The notes below the pieces were generated by a model that did no database searches, was not told where the DNA came from, and saw only the letters and a program-made list of their open reading frames with translations. Of a stretch of 64,000 nt of DNA, positions 1-7,860 are shown piece by piece; position 1 is the first letter of the stretch; every line of letters begins with the position of its first letter. Source of the DNA: Dehalococcoidia bacterium (GTDB lineage: Bacteria > Chloroflexota > Dehalococcoidia > Lucifugimonadales > Australimonadaceae); assembly GCA_965248455.1 (NCBI GenBank), contig OZ252105.1, positions 1,754,737-1,818,736 on the forward strand, in the 5' to 3' direction. The position numbers and the translations under genes were made by a program.

Positions 1-518
1 ACCACCTGGGTCGCGGCGATGAGGTAGGAGCAGCGTCCCGGGCCTGCGGCGTGTAAGGACTGCGCATCGCCCGCGAACAGTACATACTCGATGCCACCGA
101 GCCCCCGCTGCGTGGACGAGATATTGTTCCGCACCACGTCCGTCGTGACGGAGGGATTGGCAGCAAGGAACGCGTCTATCCGTTCGGGCTGGACTACCGC
201 CCACGCGATGACGCTCGTCGAACGCCTGTCCAGCACCGGGCCGAGCCCTGACGCCTCCGAACGAGCCCACGCCACGCGTGCGCCGCGCCACGCCTCTCGT
301 GCATCATTCATCACAGCGTCCGACGGGGCTGCGCAGAGTGCGTCCACCGCATCGCTCAGCGCAGCCGTCTCTGAGGCCAGCGCCTCGTAACTCGGCACAA
401 TGACGTCGTCCGTGATGCTGGCGATGACCTCAGTCTCGGCCGGTCCGCCGGAGCCGCAGGCGGCAGTCGCGGCCATCAAAGCCCCGAACAGCAACAGGGC
501 ACGCGATGCGCCGATCAT
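1..518 (-). CDS. Imelysin-like lipoprotein, N-terminal part only (gene runs off the window start)
   Basis: Minus-strand translation from ATG (518-516) gives the lipoprotein signal MIGASRALLLFGALMAATAAC-GSGG, then an open frame to position 1. It is absent from the ORF track because there is no stop in the window. Its start overlaps the stop of the upstream DUF1111 gene by 1 nt (TAATG). Its position matches the usual imelysin / DUF1111 / imelysin-like cluster layout. Confidence 0.55.
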   Translation of the reverse strand, partial: MIGASRALLLFGALMAATAACGSGGPAETEVIASITDDVIVPSYEALASETAALSDAVDALCAAPSDAVMNDAREAWRGARVAWARSEASGLGPVLDRRSTSVIAWAVVQPERIDAFLAANPSVTTDVVRNNISSTQRGLGGIEYVLFAGDAQSLHAAGPGRCSYLIAATQV

Positions 519-1927
519 TACAAGGACTCCAGGAAGCGCAGCAGCGCGGCCCGCTCGTCCGCGGAGAGCAGCGTGAACGCGTCACGGGAAGCCTGTGCCT
601 CGCCGCCGTGCCAGAGGATGGCCTCCTCCAGACCGCGTGCTCGCCCGTCGTGCAGGAACATCGTGTGGTCGCTCACCACCGGCACCAGCCCGATGCCCCA
701 GAGCGGCGGCGTGCGCCACTCGCTGCCAACGGCTTGGCCTTCCTGATGCTCGTCGGCCAGCCCCTCTCCCATGTCGTGCAGGAGCAGGTCGGTGTAGGGA
801 TAGATGGTCTGCCCCCGCAGCGGGCGTACCGGACGCGACGCGTGCGTTACGTGCTGTGGCGTGTGGCAGGCGATGCAGTTGGCCTGCGCGAAGAGTTGCG
901 CGCCTTCCCGCACCTGCGGGTCGTCCATGTCGCGCATGGCGGGCACGGCGAGCGTCTGCACGTAGAACGCGACGGTGGCAAGGCGTTCGTCCTCGACCTC
1001 AGGTTCCCCTCCATTGGGAGCGTCCCGGCAGGCCTGTTGCGCGTCCGAACAGTTCTGGTTCGGGAAGAGCACCGAGGTGACGCCGATATCGCCGAGGAAT
1101 GCCCCCGCGGACTGCTGTTCAACGGTGGGCTGACCCGCCTTCCACCCGAACCGGCCTAATGCGGCGTTCCCGCTGCGCAGGTCAGTGACCATGTTCGGGC
1201 GGCCCGATATGCCGTCGTTGTCCACGTCGTCGGGATCTGCTGCGGCCAGGATGCGCTCCTCCGGGATCGCTTCCAGCAGCCCCATGCCGATGGTGGCGGG
1301 CGCGATGCGCGGCGACATCGTAACGTCCGGGTGCAGCGGGCCGAAGGCCAGCTCTGCTATCGAGTACGTGGGCTTGCGGAGCGAATACGGCGTCCCGTCC
1401 GGGTACGTACCCGCTACTTCCTCGTAACGGATGCTGATGCGGCCTTCAGGGGGAACGCGGAGGATGCCGCGATCCTGCAATTGCCCGCCGTACACCGGGT
1501 CGTCCTCGGGGCCGTCTGGGCCGGGCACGCTAAGCCGCAGCAGCAGACCGCGCTCCGGATCGTCGTCGTTCTCAGGCGGTTTCGCGCGTCCGTCGTGGGT
1601 GTGACATGACGCGCAGGCGAGGGCGTTGAACGTCGGACCCAGGCCGTCGCGCGCCGTCGTGGAGGCCGGCGCGGTAACCCAGTTCTGATTGAAGAAGCTG
1701 TCTCCCACCTCGAACCTGCGGCGCTCCTCGTTCGTAAGATTGCGCGCCGACAACTCGAATGCGTTGGTGCCGCTGCTGAACGCGGTCGTCTCTCCGCCAA
1801 GCGCCTCTGCGAACAGCAGCGACTCGTCTATCCGATTGCCCTGCGAGCAGGCAGCGACCGAGGTGGCCAGCAGCGCTGCTGCGATGAACATCGCCGCCGC
1901 CGCCAGCCACCTCGGTACGCACTTCAT
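518..1927 (-). CDS. DUF1111-family di-haem cytochrome c (imelysin-associated thiol oxidoreductase/peroxidase-like) lipoprotein
   Basis: ORF 518..1951. Two CxxCH haem motifs (CASCH, CIACH). The likely start is MKCVPRW..., with lipobox VAAC. Adjacent to an imelysin gene. Confidence 0.85.
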   Translation of the reverse strand: MKCVPRWLAAAAMFIAAALLATSVAACSQGNRIDESLLFAEALGGETTAFSSGTNAFELSARNLTNEERRRFEVGDSFFNQNWVTAPASTTARDGLGPTFNALACASCHTHDGRAKPPENDDDPERGLLLRLSVPGPDGPEDDPVYGGQLQDRGILRVPPEGRISIRYEEVAGTYPDGTPYSLRKPTYSIAELAFGPLHPDVTMSPRIAPATIGMGLLEAIPEERILAAADPDDVDNDGISGRPNMVTDLRSGNAALGRFGWKAGQPTVEQQSAGAFLGDIGVTSVLFPNQNCSDAQQACRDAPNGGEPEVEDERLATVAFYVQTLAVPAMRDMDDPQVREGAQLFAQANCIACHTPQHVTHASRPVRPLRGQTIYPYTDLLLHDMGEGLADEHQEGQAVGSEWRTPPLWGIGLVPVVSDHTMFLHDGRARGLEEAILWHGGEAQASRDAFTLLSADERAALLRFLESL

Positions 1928-1960
1928 CCGTGTTACGTGACCGTCCCTCACTGCATCAGG

Positions 1961-3118
1961 TTAACTGACGCTGATGGTAATGCCGATAGCTTCCGCCGCC
2001 GAAACGATCGTGTCGGTCTGGTTTTCCAGCGCAACGATGGTGTTCAGGACTGCCATACGCCCGGCGGAGGCGTCCGACACACCCTCACGCAGATGCTGGT
2101 CGAACGGCGCGGGGATCGCATTGGCGAGGCTGACGCTCCGCCGTATCTCGTCCTCCAACTGCTGGGCGAGTTCCTCGTCCTCTGCAGCGATCAGATCCAT
2201 CACGCCGGGGCCGGAAACGCTGCCGTAGTCACCGGTGTACACCAGCCAGACGCCGGTGGCGTTGGCGATGATGTCAGCAGTGGTGTTGTCCGCGAAGCAG
2301 GAGTGCTCGTCCTCCTGCGAACGCGCCTCGTAGGCGACCGCCATTCGCTCGCCTGCGAGCTCGCCCCTGCTCATCTCACCGATGCCGGTGATTATTCGTC
2401 TGAGCGCTTCGTCCGGGTCAACGGATAGGAACTCCGCGCGGTAGTTCCCGCTTTCACCGGGCGCCCAGGCGTCAACCATGTCGCGCAGGTGACGCACAAG
2501 CACGTCCGACGCGGTGGCGAGGTAGGCAGCGCGCCGCTCTGCGTTGGCCTTCGTGGTGTAGTCCTCCAACGGGCGCAGGCCGGGGCCGTCGTCGTTCATG
2601 TCCTGTCCCCAGAGCAGGAACTCGATGGCATGCCAGCCCGTGGAGATGTTTGCCTCGCCGCCTTCCTCGTTGAGGGAGACGATCAGGTCTGCGTCGATAA
2701 CCGGGAAGTCGCCGGGGTTGTTGATGATGCCCGCGTCTGCATCGCCCTCGACGTAGTCGACGTACGCCTCGTCGAGAGGCCACGCGTTGACCAGCCCTTC
2801 AGGGCCGTCTTCCTCATTGTCTATCGGGCCGTCGTAGAACCGGTATATCTCGGTGGGGCCGTAGTCGTCGCGGGCGAGCAGCCACGCGCGCTTCGCAGCA
2901 TCGAGCCGCACCGCCGACGGGGCCGCGAGGAAGCGGTCGATGGCCGCATCCAGCGTCTCGGCGCTCGCGAGGCTCTTCGAGTACATCGCGTGCGCGCCGT
3001 CGGCGTAGTTTCGTACGACGTCCTGCTTCAGGTCGTCGTCTGCTCCTCCACCGCTGCAGGCCGCCACCAGGCCGCCAATAACCGTGAGGAGTACGCAGAG
3101 AATCGCTAACTTACGCAT
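1961..3118 (-). CDS. Imelysin family (peptidase M75-like, IrpA-like) lipoprotein
   Basis: ORF 1961..3202. The internal start MRKLAILCVLLTVIGGLVAAC-SGGG is preceded by GGAGG. Contains an HAIEFLLWGQD imelysin-type motif. Confidence 0.8.
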   Translation of the reverse strand: MRKLAILCVLLTVIGGLVAACSGGGADDDLKQDVVRNYADGAHAMYSKSLASAETLDAAIDRFLAAPSAVRLDAAKRAWLLARDDYGPTEIYRFYDGPIDNEEDGPEGLVNAWPLDEAYVDYVEGDADAGIINNPGDFPVIDADLIVSLNEEGGEANISTGWHAIEFLLWGQDMNDDGPGLRPLEDYTTKANAERRAAYLATASDVLVRHLRDMVDAWAPGESGNYRAEFLSVDPDEALRRIITGIGEMSRGELAGERMAVAYEARSQEDEHSCFADNTTADIIANATGVWLVYTGDYGSVSGPGVMDLIAAEDEELAQQLEDEIRRSVSLANAIPAPFDQHLREGVSDASAGRMAVLNTIVALENQTDTIVSAAEAIGITISVS

Positions 3119-3217
3119 CAGTCGTCCTCCATGAGTTGAATCGAAACCGGACAACGTGGTTGACCGGCTCGTGCTGGTTGGTGATGAGTGACACAAGGGC
3201 ATTTACGTCCCTTGCCC

Positions 3218-3688
3218 TCACTCTCGGATGTTCTGCGCGAGGTAGTGCTCGGTGCCGACTTGGCGGATGGTCTCCTGCTGTGTCTCCAGCCAGTCGACGT
3301 GTTCCTCCTCTTCGCGCACCATGTCCTCCAGTATCTCGCGCGTGCCGAAGTCGCCTACTTGCTCGCAGTGCGCGATGGCCTCTGCCAGCGTCTCCAACGC
3401 CGACATCTCGGACTCCAGGTCCAGTTGCAGGTTTTCCTCAACGCTCTCGCCGATCTTGATCGGACCCAGACGCTGGAGGTTCGGCAGTCCTTCGAGGTAG
3501 AGGATGTGCCGCACGAGCTTCTGCGCGTCGCGCATCTCATCCATGCTGGCCTCGCGCATCTTCTCGGCGGTGCGCAGGAATCCCCAGTTCCGCACCATCT
3601 CGGACTGGATGAAGTACTGATTGATCGCGGTCAGATCTATCGTGAGCAGCTCGTTGAGACGGTCTACTATTCCCTCCCTGGCTTTCAT
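3218..3688 (-). CDS. bfr: Bacterioferritin
   Basis: ORF 3218..3787 trimmed to MKAREGIVDRLNELL... (157 aa). Ferritin-like di-iron residues are present (E..EMRDAQKL..., EEEEHVDWLE). Confidence 0.9.
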   Translation of the reverse strand: MKAREGIVDRLNELLTIDLTAINQYFIQSEMVRNWGFLRTAEKMREASMDEMRDAQKLVRHILYLEGLPNLQRLGPIKIGESVEENLQLDLESEMSALETLAEAIAHCEQVGDFGTREILEDMVREEEEHVDWLETQQETIRQVGTEHYLAQNIRE

Positions 3689-3750
3689 GTGTCCTCCTTG
3701 TGAGCAGCGTATGCCCTGTGCGTGAACCATCGGGCGAGGTGCTCCTGTGC

Positions 3751-3802
3751 ATACTGAGTATATACATAAGTATTGACAACTATGCAAGATAGGGTGTACT
3801 AA
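3751..3802. promoter_or_regulatory. Divergent bfr/bfd control region: tandem palindromes plus a TTGACA-N17/18-TACTAA promoter for bfd
   Basis: ATACTGAGTAT (3751-3761) and ATACATAAGTAT (3762-3773) are adjacent palindromes in the only AT-rich patch of the intergenic region. TTGACA lies at 3773-3778 and GTACTA/TACTAA at 3796-3802. Confidence 0.3.
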
Positions 3803-3835
3803 CTACCACAAGCAATGCTGACGTAGGAAAACGCC

Positions 3836-4033
3836 ATGTACGTATGTGTGTGCAACAGGATCTCCGTCCGTGAGTTGGCTGCGTCCTGGGCGGAGACGAA
3901 CCCTGACCTGGACCGTTTGGCCGAGAGGCTGGGGCTCTACAACGAGGAGTGCTGCGGGCGCTGCGCGGACGAGTTGGACGAACTCGTCGACGTAGCCGAA
4001 TGTTCAGCCTTGTCTGCCGGAGCCGCGCGATGA
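3836..4033 (+). CDS. bfd: Bacterioferritin-associated ferredoxin (BFD-like [2Fe-2S] domain)
   Basis: 65 aa. MYVCVCNRIS...CCGRC gives the C-x-C...C-x-x-C pattern typical of Bfd. Divergent from bfr. Confidence 0.85.
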   Translation: MYVCVCNRISVRELAASWAETNPDLDRLAERLGLYNEECCGRCADELDELVDVAECSALSAGAAR

Positions 4034-4224
4034 AACTCGGATGGAAGCGTCCCGCCAAGCCAGCCCCGACCGGTGGTGCGCCGGGCGCTGAACCCTGCAA
4101 TCACCGGTTTGCCCGGCACATCCGCCGCAGGAGCTACTGGGTGCGTTCCACCTTGATGACGGACACCAGCGTCGTCTGCTCCAACTGCGGTCAGCCCATC
4201 AACGGCCAACGCTCCGCCCGTTAA
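4030..4224 (+). CDS. Possible small basic protein (64 aa) translationally coupled to bfd
   Basis: Its ATG overlaps the bfd stop (ATGA at 4030-4033). It is in frame with ORF 3949..4224 and ends ...CSNCGQPINGQRSAR. No recognisable family. Confidence 0.25.
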   Translation: MKLGWKRPAKPAPTGGAPGAEPCNHRFARHIRRRSYWVRSTLMTDTSVVCSNCGQPINGQRSAR

Positions 4225-4317
4225 GCCGGTGCCTCCGAGCGGTTCCTTCTATAAGGACTTCCCAGCGAAAAGTTCGCAGTACCGTACGCTCCGGCCCGCC
4301 ACTTCCATCGACCCAGA

Positions 4318-4530
4318 ACTCCTGCCCCCTGCGCTGTGCCCTGACTTCGCCTTCTAGTCCGGGTTGCGGCGTGGAAGCATGCTCGCCGTCCAAAGCTTGG
4401 CCGTGATGCGCAGCTTCTCCCCGGAGGAGAGCCGCACGCGCTCGCGGTAGACATCGAAGCCTCGCTGTTCCATGCGGTCGAGCAGCCGGCTGTAGAGGCC
4501 ATGGAGGATCGCCGAGCACGCGCGCGACCG
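4318..4530. repeat. Direct repeat, left copy (hpnD 3' end plus 36 bp of downstream flank)
   Basis: 213 bp aligning without indels to 6946..7158 (offset 2628 bp), with 9 mismatches by manual alignment. Confidence 0.95.
4354..4530 (-). pseudogene. Orphan 3' fragment of a presqualene diphosphate synthase (hpnD-like) gene
   Basis: ORF 4354..4662 ends ...RSRACSAILHGLYSRLLDRMEQRGFDVYRERVRLSSGEKLRITAKLWTASMLPRRNPD. This is nearly identical to the C-terminus of the intact gene at 6982..7860. The upstream part of the ORF is unrelated. Confidence 0.85.
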
Positions 4531-4685
4531 TCCCATACTCCCTAAGAGGCTGACGCTGCTCGGAAAACGGCTGGGTGTGCTCAGCAGTGCAGCGACGCTT
4601 AGACTACTCCCATGATGTCTAGCGCGCTCAGGCTCAGTCGTACACCATGGGTCCGGCGCCACAGCAAACGGGCAGGTGTAACGCG

Positions 4686-5312
4686 CTAGTTGACGCGGAG
4701 CACCCAGACTTGGTGTTCCACGTCCGGTTCACCTGTGGGCATCACGTGCTGCGGGTCAGTGGCTTCCACTATCGTCAACGCGTCCGTCGCTTCCAGTTCC
4801 GCGTGCTTTTCTCTGAAACCATTCTCCGCATACACGTCCGGGCGAAGGGAATAGACGATGTAGCCGCCGGACTTCGTCACACGCACCAACTCGTCCAGCG
4901 CGCTGGCGGGCGCGTGGCCCACCGTGAACACTCCAACGCTCACCACGGCGTCAAAGCTGTCCGTTGCGTAGTCCAGGGTTTCGCCCAACACCATCTGGTC
5001 GTAGCTCTCGTAAGCCTGGGTCTTCCTGGCCACGTCCAGCATGCCTTCCGAGAGGTCCATGGCCACCAGCGAATGGTAGCCCCTCTCCTTGAGGACGCGG
5101 CCCACTAGTCCCGTGCCGGCGCCGGCGTCCAGGATGCGCGCGCGCGGCGGCACGTACCTCTGGAGAACCCCTGCCGCCAGCTGGGGGGCGGTCCACCCAA
5201 AGTCGCGCTCCAGGTCTGAGTCATAGTCCTCCGCCCATATGTCATAGCGGGACCGCAACTCGGTGACATCCGCGGATGAGTATATCCACTGCACTCTATT
5301 GTCATCTGTCAT
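4686..5312 (-). CDS. Class I SAM-dependent methyltransferase
   Basis: 208 aa. Motif I is ILDAGAGTGLVG. The N-terminal YDIWAEDYDSD is typical of small-molecule methyltransferases. Confidence 0.8.
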   Translation of the reverse strand: MTDDNRVQWIYSSADVTELRSRYDIWAEDYDSDLERDFGWTAPQLAAGVLQRYVPPRARILDAGAGTGLVGRVLKERGYHSLVAMDLSEGMLDVARKTQAYESYDQMVLGETLDYATDSFDAVVSVGVFTVGHAPASALDELVRVTKSGGYIVYSLRPDVYAENGFREKHAELEATDALTIVEATDPQHVMPTGEPDVEHQVWVLRVN

Positions 5313-5359
5313 GGCGTCTGCCTTGAGATTGGTTGAATGTTCAGGAGGGATTCCATCGG

Positions 5360-6187
5360 TTAACCTGCCGCCTCCGCCACGTAGAGACCCCAGCCGAGCT
5401 CCTCCCGGTCTACGGCCTCCACCATCTTGCCGTAGGCGAACGACAAGGCGGTCAGTTTCTCCTCGAGCTCGCCACGGGCATGTTCCCTGGCCTTGGCTTC
5501 CAGCATCTGATAACTGCGCTTCAGGTACGCGGAGAGGTTCTCGGCTTCCAGGATGGTGAAGCCGGTTTCCCGCAGGTAATCCTGATAGCCGGTGAAGCTG
5601 AAAGGCGTGTCAAAGAGAAGCCGGTCATAGACGTACTGGCGGGACTCGGCGCTCACCTCCGGCTTGGGCTTCAGCAGGTCGTCCAAGACCAGCAGGCCGC
5701 CGTCCTGCAGTACACGGCGAACCCCCTGGATGGCCGCCTGCTTGTCAGGGATATGGTAGATGGTAGCTTGGCTCCATACATGAGTGAACTCGCCGTCCGC
5801 AAAGGGCAACTCGGTGGCGGAGCCATGCTGGAAGCGCAGCAACTGTTGCAACTCCTTCGGTTCCTCGGTTGCCATCTCCTGTGCGTTGGCGATGCGGACG
5901 CCGCTCAGGTCGATGCCTGTGACCCGGCACCCGTACGTTCTGGCCAGCCACAGAGACGTGTTGCCGTTCCCGCACCCCAGGTCCAATACGTGGGCGCCTG
6001 CGGTGATGCGGGCCTTCGCCGCCATCACCGCGTCGAGACGAGCGCAAGCCTTCAAGAAGTCCCCATCCGTAGTCTCGTCGAAGTAGCCCCAGTGCAGGCT
6101 GCCCTCCGCATCCCAGAAGGAGCGGTAGATGGCGTCTTCGATATCGTAGAACTGCTCGGTCTCGGCTTCGCTAAACTGGCTGTTCAT
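5360..6187 (-). CDS. SAM-dependent methyltransferase of the sarcosine/dimethylglycine-N-MT, sterol/tocopherol-MT-like group
   Basis: ORF 5360..6286 trimmed to MNSQFSEAETEQFYD... Shows FYD..YRSFWD..SLHWGYF, then VLDLGCGNGNTSLWLA, HVWSQATIYH and VLQDGGLLVLDD. This layout recalls SDMT-type enzymes from memory. Its start overlaps the panD stop. Confidence 0.75.
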   Translation of the reverse strand: MNSQFSEAETEQFYDIEDAIYRSFWDAEGSLHWGYFDETTDGDFLKACARLDAVMAAKARITAGAHVLDLGCGNGNTSLWLARTYGCRVTGIDLSGVRIANAQEMATEEPKELQQLLRFQHGSATELPFADGEFTHVWSQATIYHIPDKQAAIQGVRRVLQDGGLLVLDDLLKPKPEVSAESRQYVYDRLLFDTPFSFTGYQDYLRETGFTILEAENLSAYLKRSYQMLEAKAREHARGELEEKLTALSFAYGKMVEAVDREELGWGLYVAEAAG

Positions 6188-6551
6188 ACTTACGCGTCCT
6201 GATATTCGTCCTGAGGTAGTCCACGAATCGGTTGTCCTCGTCCACGAGGATCTGCTTGGGCTCCAGGGGCTCGTCGGTGAGCTCATAGGCCAGAATCACG
6301 ACACAGTCGCCCGGCTCGCACAGGCGCGCGCCCGGGCCCTGCACGGCGATGGATCCAGAGCCGTATGCTGCTGGCAGGACGTAGGTCTCCCAGCGGTTGC
6401 CGTTGTTGACGTTGCAGATGACGACCTGTTCGTACTCCCACAGGTCGCACTTCTCCATGAGCGCCCGATCGATTTCCACGCTGCCGACATAGTCCAGCCC
6501 TGTGCCGGTGACATACCCTCGGTGAATCTTGGATTTCAATACTGTGCGCAC
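6171..6551 (-). CDS. panD: Aspartate 1-decarboxylase (pyruvoyl-dependent)
   Basis: 126 aa. MRTVLKSKIHRGYVTGTGLDYVGSVEID carries the self-processing G-S site. GTG start preceded by AGGAGG. Confidence 0.9.
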   Translation of the reverse strand: MRTVLKSKIHRGYVTGTGLDYVGSVEIDRALMEKCDLWEYEQVVICNVNNGNRWETYVLPAAYGSGSIAVQGPGARLCEPGDCVVILAYELTDEPLEPKQILVDEDNRFVDYLRTNIRTRKYEQPV

Positions 6552-6797
6552 GGCATCCTCCTAGTAATTCGGTTAGATCGAAGCCTAGGGAAGACGGCAG
6601 AGTGACCAATCAGGGAGAGACGGTCCACAGCCCCAGGCCAGCAATCGTAAGTCTCGGAGCGGTCTATCAAGCTCTGCCGAGGTGCAAGAACGTAGCCGCA
6701 GCTGCTAGTTGGGCTGAACGGCGTACGGCACTACAGAACCGACGCTCCAATGGTTTAGCGGTAGCGGCATAGTAGGTGGGTCGGTGGGGGGTGTCAA
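6552..6797 (-). promoter_or_regulatory. Promoter (TTGACA-N17-TACTAT) and ~210-nt structured 5' leader of the panD-MT-MT cassette
   Basis: On the minus strand, TTGACA is at 6797-6792 and TACTAT at 6774-6769. The leader has long-range complements (CGGCAGAG/CUCUGCCG, GGAGCG/CGCUCC) and a CCCUAG segment able to pair with the CUAGGAGG SD. Confidence 0.4.
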
Positions 6798-6945
6798 GGA
6801 AAGGTGCTCGTTCCTTACATACGAGACGGCGGAATCTGCCCCCTGCTCGGGGAGGACAGTGCAGACGAGAGCACCCCTCTAGGGCTGTCGACCACCCCAC
6901 TCCTTCCCGCGGGGGAGGAGGTTGAGCGCGACCGCAGCAACGGCC

Positions 6946-7158
6946 ACTCCTGCCCCCTGCGCTGCGCCCTGATTGCGCCTTCTAGTCCGGGTTGCGGCGT
7001 GGAAGCAGGCTCGCCGTCCAAAGCTTGGCCGTGATGCGCAGCTTCTCCCCGGAGGAGAGCCGCACGCGCTCGCGGTAGACGTCGAATCCCCGCTGTTCCA
7101 TGCGGTCGAGCAACCGGCTGTAGAGGCCATGGAGAATCGCCGAGCACGCGCGCGACCG
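6946..7158. repeat. Direct repeat, right copy (inside and just downstream of intact hpnD)
   Basis: Pairs with 4318..4530. Confidence 0.95.
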
Positions 7159-7860
7159 GGGCGAGAGGTAGGCCAGCAGCGTCTCACCCGACCGGAAGTA
7201 CTCGCGGGCGCGCTCGGCTTCGAAACGCATCATCGCGGCGAAGGCGTCGTTCACGAGACCCCGCATCAAGTCGTCCTCGGTATAGCCGAACCTCTTCAAG
7301 TCCTCCTGCGGAAGATAGACCCGGCCCGCATCAGCGTCCTCCCGAACGTCCCGCATGATGTTGGTGAGCTGCATGGCAAGACCCAGGTCCACGGCTGCCG
7401 CCGGGGCTCGCGGGTCGGTATAACCGAATATTTCGATGGAGATGAGCCCCACCACCGACGCAACGTGGTAGCAATACTCGCGCAGCTCGTCGAAGGTCTC
7501 GTAGCGGCGCGGCGCAAGGTCCATCTCGACGCCGTCGATGAGCTCCTCGAAGAGCGCCGGGTCGATGCCGTACTCATCCGCCGCATGGGTCAGCGCAACC
7601 AGAACGGGCCCCTGGGGCTGTCCTGCGAACGCTTGCCGTAGGTCCGCGCGCAGCTCGCGGAGCAGCTCCGTCTTGTCGGCGTTCGACGCATCGCCGTCTG
7701 CGATGTCGTCGGCGAGCCGAGCGAAGGCGTAGGCCGCGTAGATGGCGCGCCGCCGCCGGGCAGGTAGCGTGACGAAGGCGAAGTAGAAGTTGCGCGCCTC
7801 CCGCTTCGTGACCGCCTGGCAGTAGTCGTAGGCAGCGGCGATAGCAGGGGCAGTGGTCAT
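6982..7860 (-). CDS. hpnD: Squalene/phytoene synthase family, HpnD-like presqualene diphosphate synthase
   Basis: ORF 6982..7908 trimmed to MTTAPAIAAAYDYC..., giving an ATGA overlap with the upstream gene. Shows YAFARLADDIAD and YCYHVASVVG...DVRED motifs. Confidence 0.8.
   Translation of the reverse strand: MTTAPAIAAAYDYCQAVTKREARNFYFAFVTLPARRRRAIYAAYAFARLADDIADGDASNADKTELLRELRADLRQAFAGQPQGPVLVALTHAADEYGIDPALFEELIDGVEMDLAPRRYETFDELREYCYHVASVVGLISIEIFGYTDPRAPAAAVDLGLAMQLTNIMRDVREDADAGRVYLPQEDLKRFGYTEDDLMRGLVNDAFAAMMRFEAERAREYFRSGETLLAYLSPRSRACSAILHGLYSRLLDRMEQRGFDVYRERVRLSSGEKLRITAKLWTASLLPRRNPD

Noticed and set aside
91-390. 99-aa plus-strand ORF at the window start
   Set aside because: It is antisense to the open minus-strand frame that encodes the imelysin-like lipoprotein (signal peptide and lipobox at 518-450).
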